Shown piece after piece: positions 47,025 to 55,902 of a stretch of 64,000 nt of DNA. This stretch comes from an uncultured Chloroflexia bacterium. GTDB lineage: Bacteria > Chloroflexota > UBA5177. Made by a program: the position numbers and the translations under genes. The stretch spans positions 346,699 through 410,698 of the forward strand of contig CAVTRL010000001.1 of NCBI GenBank assembly GCA_963737125.1, in the 5' to 3' direction. Each line of letters begins with the position of its first letter. The first letter of the stretch is position 1. The notes under the pieces were generated by a model. The model ran no database searches and was not told where the DNA came from. It saw only the letters and a program-made list of their open reading frames with translations.

Positions 47025-48598
47025 GCGATCGCTCCCTGCCCCTGTCCACCTACCGCGGCCGCCACGATGTTTGCCTCGGTAAGCTGTGCGCCACTCAGAT
47101 GGGCACGAATAGCGCCGTCGTGCAGGACCAGTACACGCTGTGCCATGTTCGCCAGTTCCGAGGCGTCGGTCGAATAGAAGAGTATCCCGACACCCTTGTC
47201 GCATTGCTCGCGCATGAGCCGGTAAATTTCGGACTTTGTTCCCACGTCGACGCCGCGGGTTGCATCGTACATCAGCAGCAGCGAGGGGTTGCGAGCAAGC
47301 ACACGGGCCAGAAGGACTTTCTGTTGGTTGCCGCCCGAGAGGGCGGACACCTCCTGGCGCCGGTGTTGAAGCTTTATTTGGAGAAGCTTGATGGCCTCGC
47401 CGACCAGTTGCTCCTCACGTCGGGGCGCGATGAATCCATACTGCGACACCGCGTCCAGGTTGCCAAGCGAAATATTGTCGCGGATGCTCAATGAAAGGCA
47501 CAGTCCGTCGGTGGCACGATCCTCCGGCACCAGGCCGATGCCCGCGTTCACCGCGTCCGCTGGATTGCGGAGGTGGACTTCCTTACCGTTCAGATAGATG
47601 GCTCCGGTGGAGTGACGGACACCGAAGAGCGTGAGGAAGAGCTCGGACTGTCCCTGGCCCTCCAGGCCGCCGATGCCCACGATCTCGCCTCGACGAATCT
47701 CGAGGTCAATGTCGTGCAGGCGGGGGGGCGCTTGCAGTTTCTGAATCTGGCAGACCAGGGTGTCGTCTTCCTTGGTGCCATTCCGGACCACCGTGGGGTA
47801 GAAGCGATCTACCTTATGGCCGAGCATCAACTCGACCAGTTGCGCCTCCGACATCGACCCCGTGTCACCTCGCCCAACATCCTTACCACCACGAAACACG
47901 GTTACTTGATCGCAGAGCGTTTGGATCTCTGCCAGTCGATGCGAAATGAAGATGACGATGCCGCCTGCCGCCGCGAACTCCTGCACGGTTGTGAATAACC
48001 ATTGGACCTCTTCCGGCGGTAGGGCCGAGGTCGCTTCGTCCAGTACGAGAACTCTGGGCTTGCGAATCAACGTCTTCACGACCTCGATGAGCTGACGCTC
48101 GGCCAATCGAAGACTGCGAACCGATGCGCTGGGGTCGATGGACCGGAAGCCAAATTGGTCGAGAGCTTCACGCGCGGCGGCACGAACGGCGCGCATTCCA
48201 ATGCGGCCGGCGACCACGCGTGGCTCGATCCCGTACATCAAATTCGCCGCTACCGATAGATCGGGAATCAGGCTTAATTCCTGAAAGACCGTTCCGATGC
48301 CGGCCCTTCTCGCATCGGTGGGCGTGCGTAGCTGCAGCGGTTGCCCGTCCAGCGTTATTACACCCTCGTCAGCCTGAATGGCGCCGGCCAGAATCTTGAC
48401 GAGCGTACTCTTGCCCGCCCCGTTTTCGCCGACGAGGCCGTGCACCGCACCGCGCGAGCACGTCAAGCTTGCGCCCCGAAGTGCCTGGACGCCGCCGAAC
48501 GATTTGACGACACCGGCGAGGACAAGGTCCGTAGACCCTGTCCCCGCCGGTGTTGTGTTGTTCGTGTAGTTCTGGCGTTGCTGCTCAGTCCCGGTCAC
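47021..48598 (-). CDS. Sugar ABC ATP-binding protein (RbsA-type, tandem NBD)
   Basis: GENGAGKST, VFQEL, VLDEATS, IFISHRL; second NBD LSGGNQQK, LMYDATRGVD. Confidence 0.93.
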   Translation of the reverse strand: MTGTEQQRQNYTNNTTPAGTGSTDLVLAGVVKSFGGVQALRGASLTCSRGAVHGLVGENGAGKSTLVKILAGAIQADEGVITLDGQPLQLRTPTDARRAGIGTVFQELSLIPDLSVAANLMYGIEPRVVAGRIGMRAVRAAAREALDQFGFRSIDPSASVRSLRLAERQLIEVVKTLIRKPRVLVLDEATSALPPEEVQWLFTTVQEFAAAGGIVIFISHRLAEIQTLCDQVTVFRGGKDVGRGDTGSMSEAQLVELMLGHKVDRFYPTVVRNGTKEDDTLVCQIQKLQAPPRLHDIDLEIRRGEIVGIGGLEGQGQSELFLTLFGVRHSTGAIYLNGKEVHLRNPADAVNAGIGLVPEDRATDGLCLSLSIRDNISLGNLDAVSQYGFIAPRREEQLVGEAIKLLQIKLQHRRQEVSALSGGNQQKVLLARVLARNPSLLLMYDATRGVDVGTKSEIYRLMREQCDKGVGILFYSTDASELANMAQRVLVLHDGAIRAHLSGAQLTEANIVAAAVGGQGQGAIA

Positions 48599-48610
48599 GA
48601 GACGCGGTCC

Positions 48611-49720
48611 TTACCTCCCCGCAGCTTGCTGCGGCGTGATGTGGTAGCGCGCCAGCGTGAACGGTAGCGCGAGCCCCGGAGGGAGATTCGGGTAGGCATT
48701 CGTGCCCAGCCGGATCTGCACGACGGTTACGTTGTGCACCTTGGGATGGAAGGCTGCCTTGTTCGTAACGAACAGCGTCATCGGAACGGGAACGTCTGAG
48801 GTTTTACCGGGAGTGGCCCGACCCTGAACGGCTTTCAACGCCAGCTCCATTGCGATCTGCACGACGACCGGTGAGCCCGTCAGAATGGCGCACTGATGTC
48901 CCGCCTGGCCGCATGCCACCAGCTCACCGTTGTAGCCGTAGCAGGTGGTTGGTACCGCTTTCTTGCCGGCATTCTTGAAGGCAGTAAAGGAAGGCTTGCA
49001 GTAGCCCTGTGTCATCACACCCGATACCGTCGGGTGGCCCACCAACAGGCTGGAGATTCCCTGCTGCTCCGGTCCCTGAGCGTAGTTGCCGTCAAATTCG
49101 CCGACGTCCTTGATAGCCGGGCCATCCATGTGCAGACCTCTGAGGAAGCCGGCCCGAATTTGTGCTGAAATGGGAGCGCCGGGAAGGCCTCGGTCGACAA
49201 ACACGCTCCCTGTTCCGTGCAGGACTTGCGCCATCCATTCGCCAACGTCAACCTGGCCCGCTCCGTGGTTCTGTGAGACTTTCCAGGCGCACGGCGCGGT
49301 CACGGGCTGATCGAACGAGATGACTTTGATCCCGGCGGCGCAAGCGCGCTGGACGGCGGGATTGAGGGCGGTTGGCGAGCCCGCATCGATGAGAATCGCA
49401 TCGGGATGCGTGGCAATGATCGCGTTCAGCGACTGCGTTTGCGCTTGCGTGGTATTTTGCGCGTTCTGGAGTGTCAGCGATATCTTACCCGCGAAGGGGG
49501 GCAGTTTGGCGGTCAGCTGTGCCAGTCTTTCCATCTGCGGCCGAAAGTCGTTTCCCAGGAAGTTGTTGCTCAACACGAAACGGTAGACCTTCGCATGCAC
49601 CTGCGAAGACTGGGCGCCGCGCCCGTATGCCATGCCCGAAAGCACAACAGTTGCCGATGTCACGAGTGCAAGAGCAGCTGCAACCCGTATGACACCGGAG
49701 AGGTGGAATGAGGAACGCAT
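48611..49720 (-). CDS. Sugar ABC substrate-binding protein (Peripla_BP_4-like)
   Basis: GAAGGAG SD before ATG 49720; Sec signal; LSNNFLGNDFR, QTQSLNAII, PDAILID, KVISFD. Confidence 0.88.
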   Translation of the reverse strand: MRSSFHLSGVIRVAAALALVTSATVVLSGMAYGRGAQSSQVHAKVYRFVLSNNFLGNDFRPQMERLAQLTAKLPPFAGKISLTLQNAQNTTQAQTQSLNAIIATHPDAILIDAGSPTALNPAVQRACAAGIKVISFDQPVTAPCAWKVSQNHGAGQVDVGEWMAQVLHGTGSVFVDRGLPGAPISAQIRAGFLRGLHMDGPAIKDVGEFDGNYAQGPEQQGISSLLVGHPTVSGVMTQGYCKPSFTAFKNAGKKAVPTTCYGYNGELVACGQAGHQCAILTGSPVVVQIAMELALKAVQGRATPGKTSDVPVPMTLFVTNKAAFHPKVHNVTVVQIRLGTNAYPNLPPGLALPFTLARYHITPQQAAGR

Positions 49721-49747
49721 CTGTTTTCTCCTTCTATCCGGCACTTC

Positions 49748-49788
49748 CGAATATGATATACGATACAGAAGGCGGCGATGATATACAA
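49748..49788. promoter_or_regulatory. Divergent promoter region with candidate operator
   Basis: Minus strand TTGTAT(49788-49783)-N17-TATCGT(49765-49760); CGAATATGATATACGAT (49748-49764) nearly matches 36206-36222. Confidence 0.5.
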
Positions 49789-49818
49789 GTGGTAAATCGC
49801 TCGGGAGGAGGGGGTGCC

Positions 49819-50979
49819 ATGGCAACATCGGAGATGCAGCGAGCGTGCGACGAGTTGCGGTCGACCGGCGCGGATTTCGCGCTGCTGTCGTCGATCCCAA
49901 ATGTCACCTATGCCAGTGGCTGGGAGGTGCCGATTGAGGTCGGACCAGCTGCCGAGTTCACCGGTTGGCTCCCATTCGGGCTGGCTCTCCTCAGCGTCCA
50001 GGACGCTTCCGGCTGCCTGATCGTTCCCGAGATGCTTGGCAAGCCGGCCGCCGCCGGCAACCGTCTCGATCGCGTCGTCACCTTTTCAGACTTCGGACAC
50101 TTCGAGTCCGTGGATATGGAGAGCTCCTTCGTCGAGACCATCCGGCAGGTTTTGCGTGATGCGGGTCTGTCTTCCGGTGGACGGCTCGCAGTCGAAGCGC
50201 GGACACTTCCTTCATTGGTCTTGCAACTCGTGCAGCAGGAGTTTGGGGCGGTAGAGCTGCAGGATGCCGGCTCGAGTCTCGAGGCCGCGCGCTCGATTAA
50301 AACGCCGCGCGAGATCGATCTTATTCGCCAGGCGATTGCCGTGGCGGACGCCGGTCAAGATGCGTTGCTTGCCTGCAGTAAGTCGTCGGGCGCCTCCGAT
50401 CTGGACGTGTGGGATGCGATCACCGGTGGCATGGAGCGCGTCCTGGGCCGCCCATTGATAGCAACCGGCGAGCTGGTTACGGGCGAGCGGACGCGCACCG
50501 TCGCGCCCGGCGGACCGATCAGCCGGCGTGTGGAGCGGGGAGATACCGGCCTCCTCGATATCAGTCCTCGAGTGAACGGCTACTGGGCCGATTGCACCAA
50601 TACTGTGGTGTTCGACGCCGAGCCCACCGCGGATCAGCGGCGCTATTTCCACGCGGCACGCGATGCCATGGAGGCCGGCGCAGAGGCGCTCCGACCCGGC
50701 GCACGGGCGCGCGACGTCGAGGCAGCCGTGCGTGCCGCGTTCGCAAAACACAATTTCCAGGTGGCTCACTATTCGGGTCACCAGATCGGTACCAGTGTGA
50801 ACGAGCGGCCGCGGCTGGTGCAGTACGACGACACCGTTATCGAGCCGAATATGGTATTTGCCGTTGAGCCGGGAGCATACGGTGGGGACGAAGCTCCAAC
50901 CGGCGCACGGGCCGAGAAGGTCGTGCTGGTGACTGAAACGGGTCCCGAGATTCTGTCGTCGTTCCAGTGGGGTATGTAA
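49819..50979 (+). CDS. M24 (Xaa-Pro aminopeptidase / creatinase fold) family protein
   Basis: GGAGGAG SD; RSIKTPREIDLIRQA, LLDIS...GYWADCT, GHQIG, AVEPG, RAE. Confidence 0.85.
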   Translation: MATSEMQRACDELRSTGADFALLSSIPNVTYASGWEVPIEVGPAAEFTGWLPFGLALLSVQDASGCLIVPEMLGKPAAAGNRLDRVVTFSDFGHFESVDMESSFVETIRQVLRDAGLSSGGRLAVEARTLPSLVLQLVQQEFGAVELQDAGSSLEAARSIKTPREIDLIRQAIAVADAGQDALLACSKSSGASDLDVWDAITGGMERVLGRPLIATGELVTGERTRTVAPGGPISRRVERGDTGLLDISPRVNGYWADCTNTVVFDAEPTADQRRYFHAARDAMEAGAEALRPGARARDVEAAVRAAFAKHNFQVAHYSGHQIGTSVNERPRLVQYDDTVIEPNMVFAVEPGAYGGDEAPTGARAEKVVLVTETGPEILSSFQWGM

Positions 50980-51019
50980 GGCCGGGAATAGTGGCCAGGT
51001 TCGGCCGTTAGCCGCCGCC

Positions 51020-51300
51020 CGCCAGGCCGATATGCTGACCACCACTGGAGACTCCGTCTTGGTCAGCGTGGCGCCTGCTCCGGCAATCACCTTATTTCCC
51101 CAATTGCCGGCGTCGGGTTCGAGCCGGCGGTGAGGTTCCTCGTCCAGACGGTCGTCCCATTCGTGCGCGAGAGTGCCACGATCTCGCCGCTTACTGTGCT
51201 GGTGAACACCGGGTCATTGGCAAACGTTATCCGGCCCGGTGGCATCTGTGGCAGCATCGTGGCCCAAAACTGCTTGCCGGTGGTGACGATGAACTCCAGT
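51020..51300 (-). pseudogene. Degenerate C-terminal remnant of a PQQ-type beta-propeller protein
   Basis: TTGKQFWATMLP...ANDPVFTSTVSGEIVALSRTNGTTVWTR...PAIG, frameshift, NKVIAGAG...PVVV, frameshift, AYRP. No N-terminal part. Confidence 0.45.
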
Positions 51301-51356
51301 GGCATGCTTCGTGCCGCCACTATACACGCGGTGGAATCGGAAGCCTCGCAGGATCG

Positions 51357-52658
51357 GTGATGGCAGATCGGCGTCTCCCTCGGAACCGGCATAGCAAATG
51401 CCTGGCATTGGTGTGTCTGGCGTTGGTGGCATTTGCCGGGTGCGGTTCGAGTGCACAATCGGTCGTCGACGTGCGAGTTTCTCCCCGCACGTCGCTGGCC
51501 GATCGGCCGCTCATCATCCGCGTCACGGGATTGCAACCGGACGAGCGAGCCACCCTCGACCTCACATCGACCGATGCCAACAGAGCCACCTGGAGATCAT
51601 CGGCAGTCTATCGTGCCGATCGGCACGGGACCATTGATCTCGGCCAGAGTGCGGCTCTAACCGGGAGCTACTCGGGCATCAATGCCATGGGCTTGATCGA
51701 CAGCCTGGCACCCGCTAATCAAAGTGACGAGCTCTACTACTGGCACCGGTCAGTACCGCAGCGGTTCGCGATCGCCGTCCATATCAAGTCGGCGACGATT
51801 ACATCGGCCACCTTCACCCGCCAGGCAGCAGCCCGCGGCGTGACAGTTCACACCGAGTCTCTCGCGAATACGGGCTTTGTGGGTCAATTCTGGCAGCCGT
51901 CACCTGGTGCCCGCCCGCATCCTGCGGTCCTGGAGTTCGGAGGCTCGGAAGGTGGTCTGGATGAACAGCTCAAGGGGGAACTCCTCGCCTCCCACGGCTA
52001 CCCGACGCTTGATCTTGCGTACTTCAAGGAACCAGGGCTTCCATCAAGTGTGGCGCCTATTCCTCTCGAGTACTTTGCCAAAGCCCTCACCTGGCTGAGC
52101 CGGCAACCTCAGGTCAATCCTCACCGCATCTACACCGACGGCTACTCGCTTGGTAGCCAGGCAGCCCTCCTCCTGGGCGTCTACTATCCCCAGCTCGTCT
52201 ACGGCGTAATTGCCAGTTCACCGAGCAACGTTGCCCAGTGCTCGTATCCAGCCTGCTTCGGCCCGGCCTGGACGTTCCACGGCCAGCCAATTCCCTACAC
52301 TGCTGCCCGCGACCAGCCCTACCCGACGGACAATCCAGCGGCGGTCATTCCCGTGGAGCGCATCCATGGCCCCATCTTCCTGGCCTGTGGTGGCGCCGAT
52401 CAGGTCTGGACCTCCTGCGCCTTTGCCCGAGCGATCGTGGCCCGTCTCAACGCTCACCACGACAGCTATCTGCATCTCATGTATGCCTACCCGTCGGCCG
52501 GCCACGCCATCGGCTCGTTGGTTCCCTACTCACCCGTGTCGCCCGCTTACCAGTCGCAGAACAGCACCCTCAACGGGACGACGCCCCTGGCCAATGACAC
52601 GGCACGAGCACTGGTATGGCCCCGCCTGCTCGCCTTCCTTGCTCGGCCCGCACGCTAG
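51357..52658 (+). CDS. Acyl-CoA thioesterase / BAAT-family alpha/beta hydrolase, predicted lipoprotein
   Basis: Lipobox-like FAG|C; WRSSAVYRADRHGTIDL; FGGSEGG, LAYF, PLEYFAKA, GYSLG, GGADQVW, YPSAGH. Confidence 0.85.
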   Translation: MMADRRLPRNRHSKCLALVCLALVAFAGCGSSAQSVVDVRVSPRTSLADRPLIIRVTGLQPDERATLDLTSTDANRATWRSSAVYRADRHGTIDLGQSAALTGSYSGINAMGLIDSLAPANQSDELYYWHRSVPQRFAIAVHIKSATITSATFTRQAAARGVTVHTESLANTGFVGQFWQPSPGARPHPAVLEFGGSEGGLDEQLKGELLASHGYPTLDLAYFKEPGLPSSVAPIPLEYFAKALTWLSRQPQVNPHRIYTDGYSLGSQAALLLGVYYPQLVYGVIASSPSNVAQCSYPACFGPAWTFHGQPIPYTAARDQPYPTDNPAAVIPVERIHGPIFLACGGADQVWTSCAFARAIVARLNAHHDSYLHLMYAYPSAGHAIGSLVPYSPVSPAYQSQNSTLNGTTPLANDTARALVWPRLLAFLARPAR

Positions 52659-52683
52659 AACTGTGGGGCCGCCGCCCTGCTTA

Positions 52684-53952
52684 TCAGCCTCGTCCGTTCT
52701 CCACCCGCACCACGCCTGTGCTCAGGCGTGTGACGGCATCCCAGTCCAGGTCGATGCCGTTCCCCGGTCGGTCGTCCAGAATCAACTGGCCGCCTTCGAT
52801 CCGTGGCTCGCTGCGCGTCAAACGATCGATCGGGTCCGCGCCTACCCCGGCGGGGATGAACTCGGCGTACGGCACGTTGGGAAACGCGCCGGTGAGCTGT
52901 CCGTGAAGAGAGGTGAAGACGTGTGGAATGGCGCTCCGTCCCAGGGCAGCGGCCATCTGGATGGCTGTTATGACGTCCGTCAAGCCACCGCTCGCGGTCG
53001 CATCGACCCGGAGGATGGAGACGGCATCGAGCGCGTCGCGATATCCCTCGACGCCCGTGACGTCTTCCCCCATGGCCAGCGGCGTTCGAAGGTGGCTCTG
53101 TAGCTCCGCGGTCAGCCTCCAGCTCTGCGGGGAAAACGGATCCTCGATAAACGTCAGTCCCAGATCATCAAGATGCCGGCAGGCAGCAACGGCTTCATCC
53201 AGCGTGGTCCACGATGAGTGCGCGTCGATTGCCAGATCGACCCGTGGATCGAGTGCCTCGCGAAGACGCATGAGATATACCCGCTCGTCTCGCGCGTCAC
53301 CAGCGGGCAGAACGAGCTTGATGGCACGGAATCCTTCACGGGCGAGCTGAGCAATTTCTTCCTGCACGTCCTCCACGGACCGCCGGTCCTTGAAGTACCC
53401 GGCGACAGCCAGCACCGGCACAGTGCTTCGATATCCTCCGAGCACGCGGTAGAGCGGAAGCCTGGCGACCTTGCACAGAATATCCCAGAGCGCGATATCG
53501 ATCAGGCTGAGGGCGCGAATGAAGGCGCCCGCGCCTGGGATATAGGAACGTTTGAGATCCGTGGCGATAGCACGCACCAGCAGCGCATCGCGGTGCAGGA
53601 TCTCGCGCCCCAGGGTTTGCAGCGCGGCCAGGATCGGAGTCCCACGTGTATACCCGATCGCCGCTCCCTCGACGTCCGCGTCGGTCCGGATGCGCACGGT
53701 TACGAAATCGCGGGTGGGATAGAGGACACGACCTAGCCGCACTGGATACGGCATGTCGATTGGACAGACCGCGATTTCGAGGCCGGTAATCCGAATTGGT
53801 CCTGGAAGTGACGGCTCAGATATGAGAGGTTCTCCTGCATTCGGAACTGATGATAGTTGCGCCCGACGGTACGCGGAGGTCACTTCTGAGAGAAGAGGTA
53901 CATCGAGGGCAGTACCCTTACCCTTGGACACGGGGCGCTGAAGATTGTCCAA
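52684..53952 (-). CDS. Mandelate racemase / muconate lactonizing enzyme family, second copy
   Basis: VRIRTDADVEG, SLIDIALWDILCK, PLYRVLGG, AIDAH, FIEDP, MGED. Start uncertain. Confidence 0.88.
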   Translation of the reverse strand: MDNLQRPVSKGKGTALDVPLLSEVTSAYRRAQLSSVPNAGEPLISEPSLPGPIRITGLEIAVCPIDMPYPVRLGRVLYPTRDFVTVRIRTDADVEGAAIGYTRGTPILAALQTLGREILHRDALLVRAIATDLKRSYIPGAGAFIRALSLIDIALWDILCKVARLPLYRVLGGYRSTVPVLAVAGYFKDRRSVEDVQEEIAQLAREGFRAIKLVLPAGDARDERVYLMRLREALDPRVDLAIDAHSSWTTLDEAVAACRHLDDLGLTFIEDPFSPQSWRLTAELQSHLRTPLAMGEDVTGVEGYRDALDAVSILRVDATASGGLTDVITAIQMAAALGRSAIPHVFTSLHGQLTGAFPNVPYAEFIPAGVGADPIDRLTRSEPRIEGGQLILDDRPGNGIDLDWDAVTRLSTGVVRVENGRG

Positions 53953-54146
53953 GAGCGCGACAGGTATACAATGGCCACTCTACTTGATGTCGTCGGCGTG
54001 ACGCATCTGGATGCCACGTCTACTTTTCGCTCCTCCTTCGAAACCTCACGTCTGTATTGAGGTTACTCGGGGAGTGTGGAGTCCGCAGGCATCCGATTCC
54101 GACTTCCGCCGATACCGTGGCGAGTGAGGGCTCAGGAGGAAATGAG

Positions 54147-54914
54147 ATGAATGCCGGCAGCAACGCTCCGATCGCTTTAATCACAGGCGGTGCCCGAGGA
54201 ATCGGGTTTGCGTGTGCACAACGGCTCATCCGGGAGGGATGGGTGGTGGCAATCGTCGATATCGACGAAGTCGCAGCAAAGGGGGCAGCGGCTACGTTAT
54301 CAGGTGAGAGCGGCCGCGCGATCGCGATCACGGCCGACGTCCGCATCCGAGCCGAAGTAGAGAACGCGGTGGCGGCGACGGTGAGGGAATTCGGTGGTCT
54401 GACAGCACTGGTGAACAATGCAGGCATCATCCAGCCGGAGCCGTCGATTGACATATCCGAAGAGCACTGGGACCAACTTCTCGGGGTTCATCTAAAAGGA
54501 GCATTGCTCTTTTGCCAGGCCGCGTATCCGCACCTGCGCTCGGCGGCGGGCGCATCGGTGGTCAATATGGCCTCGGTTACCGGCTTTGTTGGCGTTCCGC
54601 AGCGCCTTACTTACTGCATCTCAAAGGCAGGACTGTCGGCGATGGCTCGCGTGTTGGCGGTTGAGTGGGCGCCCGATGGCATACGCGTGAATGCTGTGGC
54701 GCCGGGGTGGACGGAAACCACCATGGTGCGGCAGGCGATCGATCTGGGCGTGATCGATGTTGAGAAACTGACCGGGCGAGTACCCCTGGGGCGATTGGCG
54801 CGCGAGGAAGAGATGGCCGGTGCAGTCCACTTTCTCATCTCCAACGATGCGAGCTTTATCACCGGGCAGACGTTGATCGTCGACGGTGGCTTCTCGATCG
54901 ACGGACGAGTGTGA
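54147..54914 (+). CDS. Short-chain dehydrogenase/reductase
   Basis: AGGAGG SD; ITGGARGIG, LVNNAG, VVNMAS, YCISK, IRVNAVAPG, ITGQTLIVDGG. Confidence 0.92.
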   Translation: MNAGSNAPIALITGGARGIGFACAQRLIREGWVVAIVDIDEVAAKGAAATLSGESGRAIAITADVRIRAEVENAVAATVREFGGLTALVNNAGIIQPEPSIDISEEHWDQLLGVHLKGALLFCQAAYPHLRSAAGASVVNMASVTGFVGVPQRLTYCISKAGLSAMARVLAVEWAPDGIRVNAVAPGWTETTMVRQAIDLGVIDVEKLTGRVPLGRLAREEEMAGAVHFLISNDASFITGQTLIVDGGFSIDGRV

Positions 54915-55098
54915 CGTCCGCCGCCTAGCTGCCGATGGGTTGGGCAGAAATGTCCGACCGATGGTTGATGCACGGCGGCCATACCGCCTGGCCGTACTTC
55001 GCACGGGTTCGTAGGGTCGCGGCCCCGCAGCCGGCCGGCTGAGCATCAGGCGCCAATTGACAAGGTCAGGTGGGCATGGTAATCTTCGATCACCGTAC

Positions 55099-55884
55099 AT
55101 GTCCGTACATGTTGAAAGAGGCGCAACATTGTCAGTGGAAGTTGTCGAGTTCCCGCAACTTGTGCGAGAGGATGTTGTCTCGCTGGTTGAGCAAATTCAT
55201 GCCTACATTCACGACCTCATCCGCACCAAGAAGTTGGCGCCTAACGCATGTATTCCCTCTGAGAACGCCCTGGCCAAGCAGTTGCTGGTTAGCCGGTACA
55301 CGGTTCGTCAGGCGATCGATCGGTTGGTCGCGGACGGTTACCTGCACCGCAGACCAGGTAAGGGTACGTTTGTCCGGGTTCCAACGATCGTCCAGCCACT
55401 CTTAACGGTCACGAGTTTCACAAAAGCAATGACCGATGAAGGTCATCACCCGAGCACCGCCCTGCTGGAGCTGAGTGCATCGCGGGGAACGCCGGTGGAA
55501 CGCGAGGTACTTGAAATATCCGACACGGATTCCGTTGTCAACATTGTGCGGCTGAGATACGTCGACGACGTGCCTATAAGTGTTATGCGATCCGTTCTTC
55601 CCGCATCGATCGCACATGCCATATCACGCGACGACATTGAGCGTCGGTCGTTATACGCGCTCCTTAAAGAGAGATGCGGCGTGGAGCTGGGCAAATCTCA
55701 CGTTACTCTCGAGGCCGTGGTAGCCCACCACCAAGAGGCTGAAGCACTTGGAGTTCGCCCGGGGCACCCCCTCTTTCTGATGATCGGGGTTGTCCGGAGC
55801 GTGGACGGGGTTGTCGTGGAGTATGTGCACTCGTACTACCGGGGCGACTGTGTTCGGTTTTCAGTTGAAGGCGAAGCGCATTGA
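55099..55884 (+). CDS. GntR family regulator (HutC/UTRA)
   Basis: IPSENALAKQLLVSRYTVRQAIDRL...RRPGKGTFV; UTRA motifs RLRYVDDVP, SLYALL, YYRGD. Start uncertain. Confidence 0.9.
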   Translation: MSVHVERGATLSVEVVEFPQLVREDVVSLVEQIHAYIHDLIRTKKLAPNACIPSENALAKQLLVSRYTVRQAIDRLVADGYLHRRPGKGTFVRVPTIVQPLLTVTSFTKAMTDEGHHPSTALLELSASRGTPVEREVLEISDTDSVVNIVRLRYVDDVPISVMRSVLPASIAHAISRDDIERRSLYALLKERCGVELGKSHVTLEAVVAHHQEAEALGVRPGHPLFLMIGVVRSVDGVVVEYVHSYYRGDCVRFSVEGEAH

Positions 55885-55902
55885 CGATGAAAGGATGGAT
55901 GG

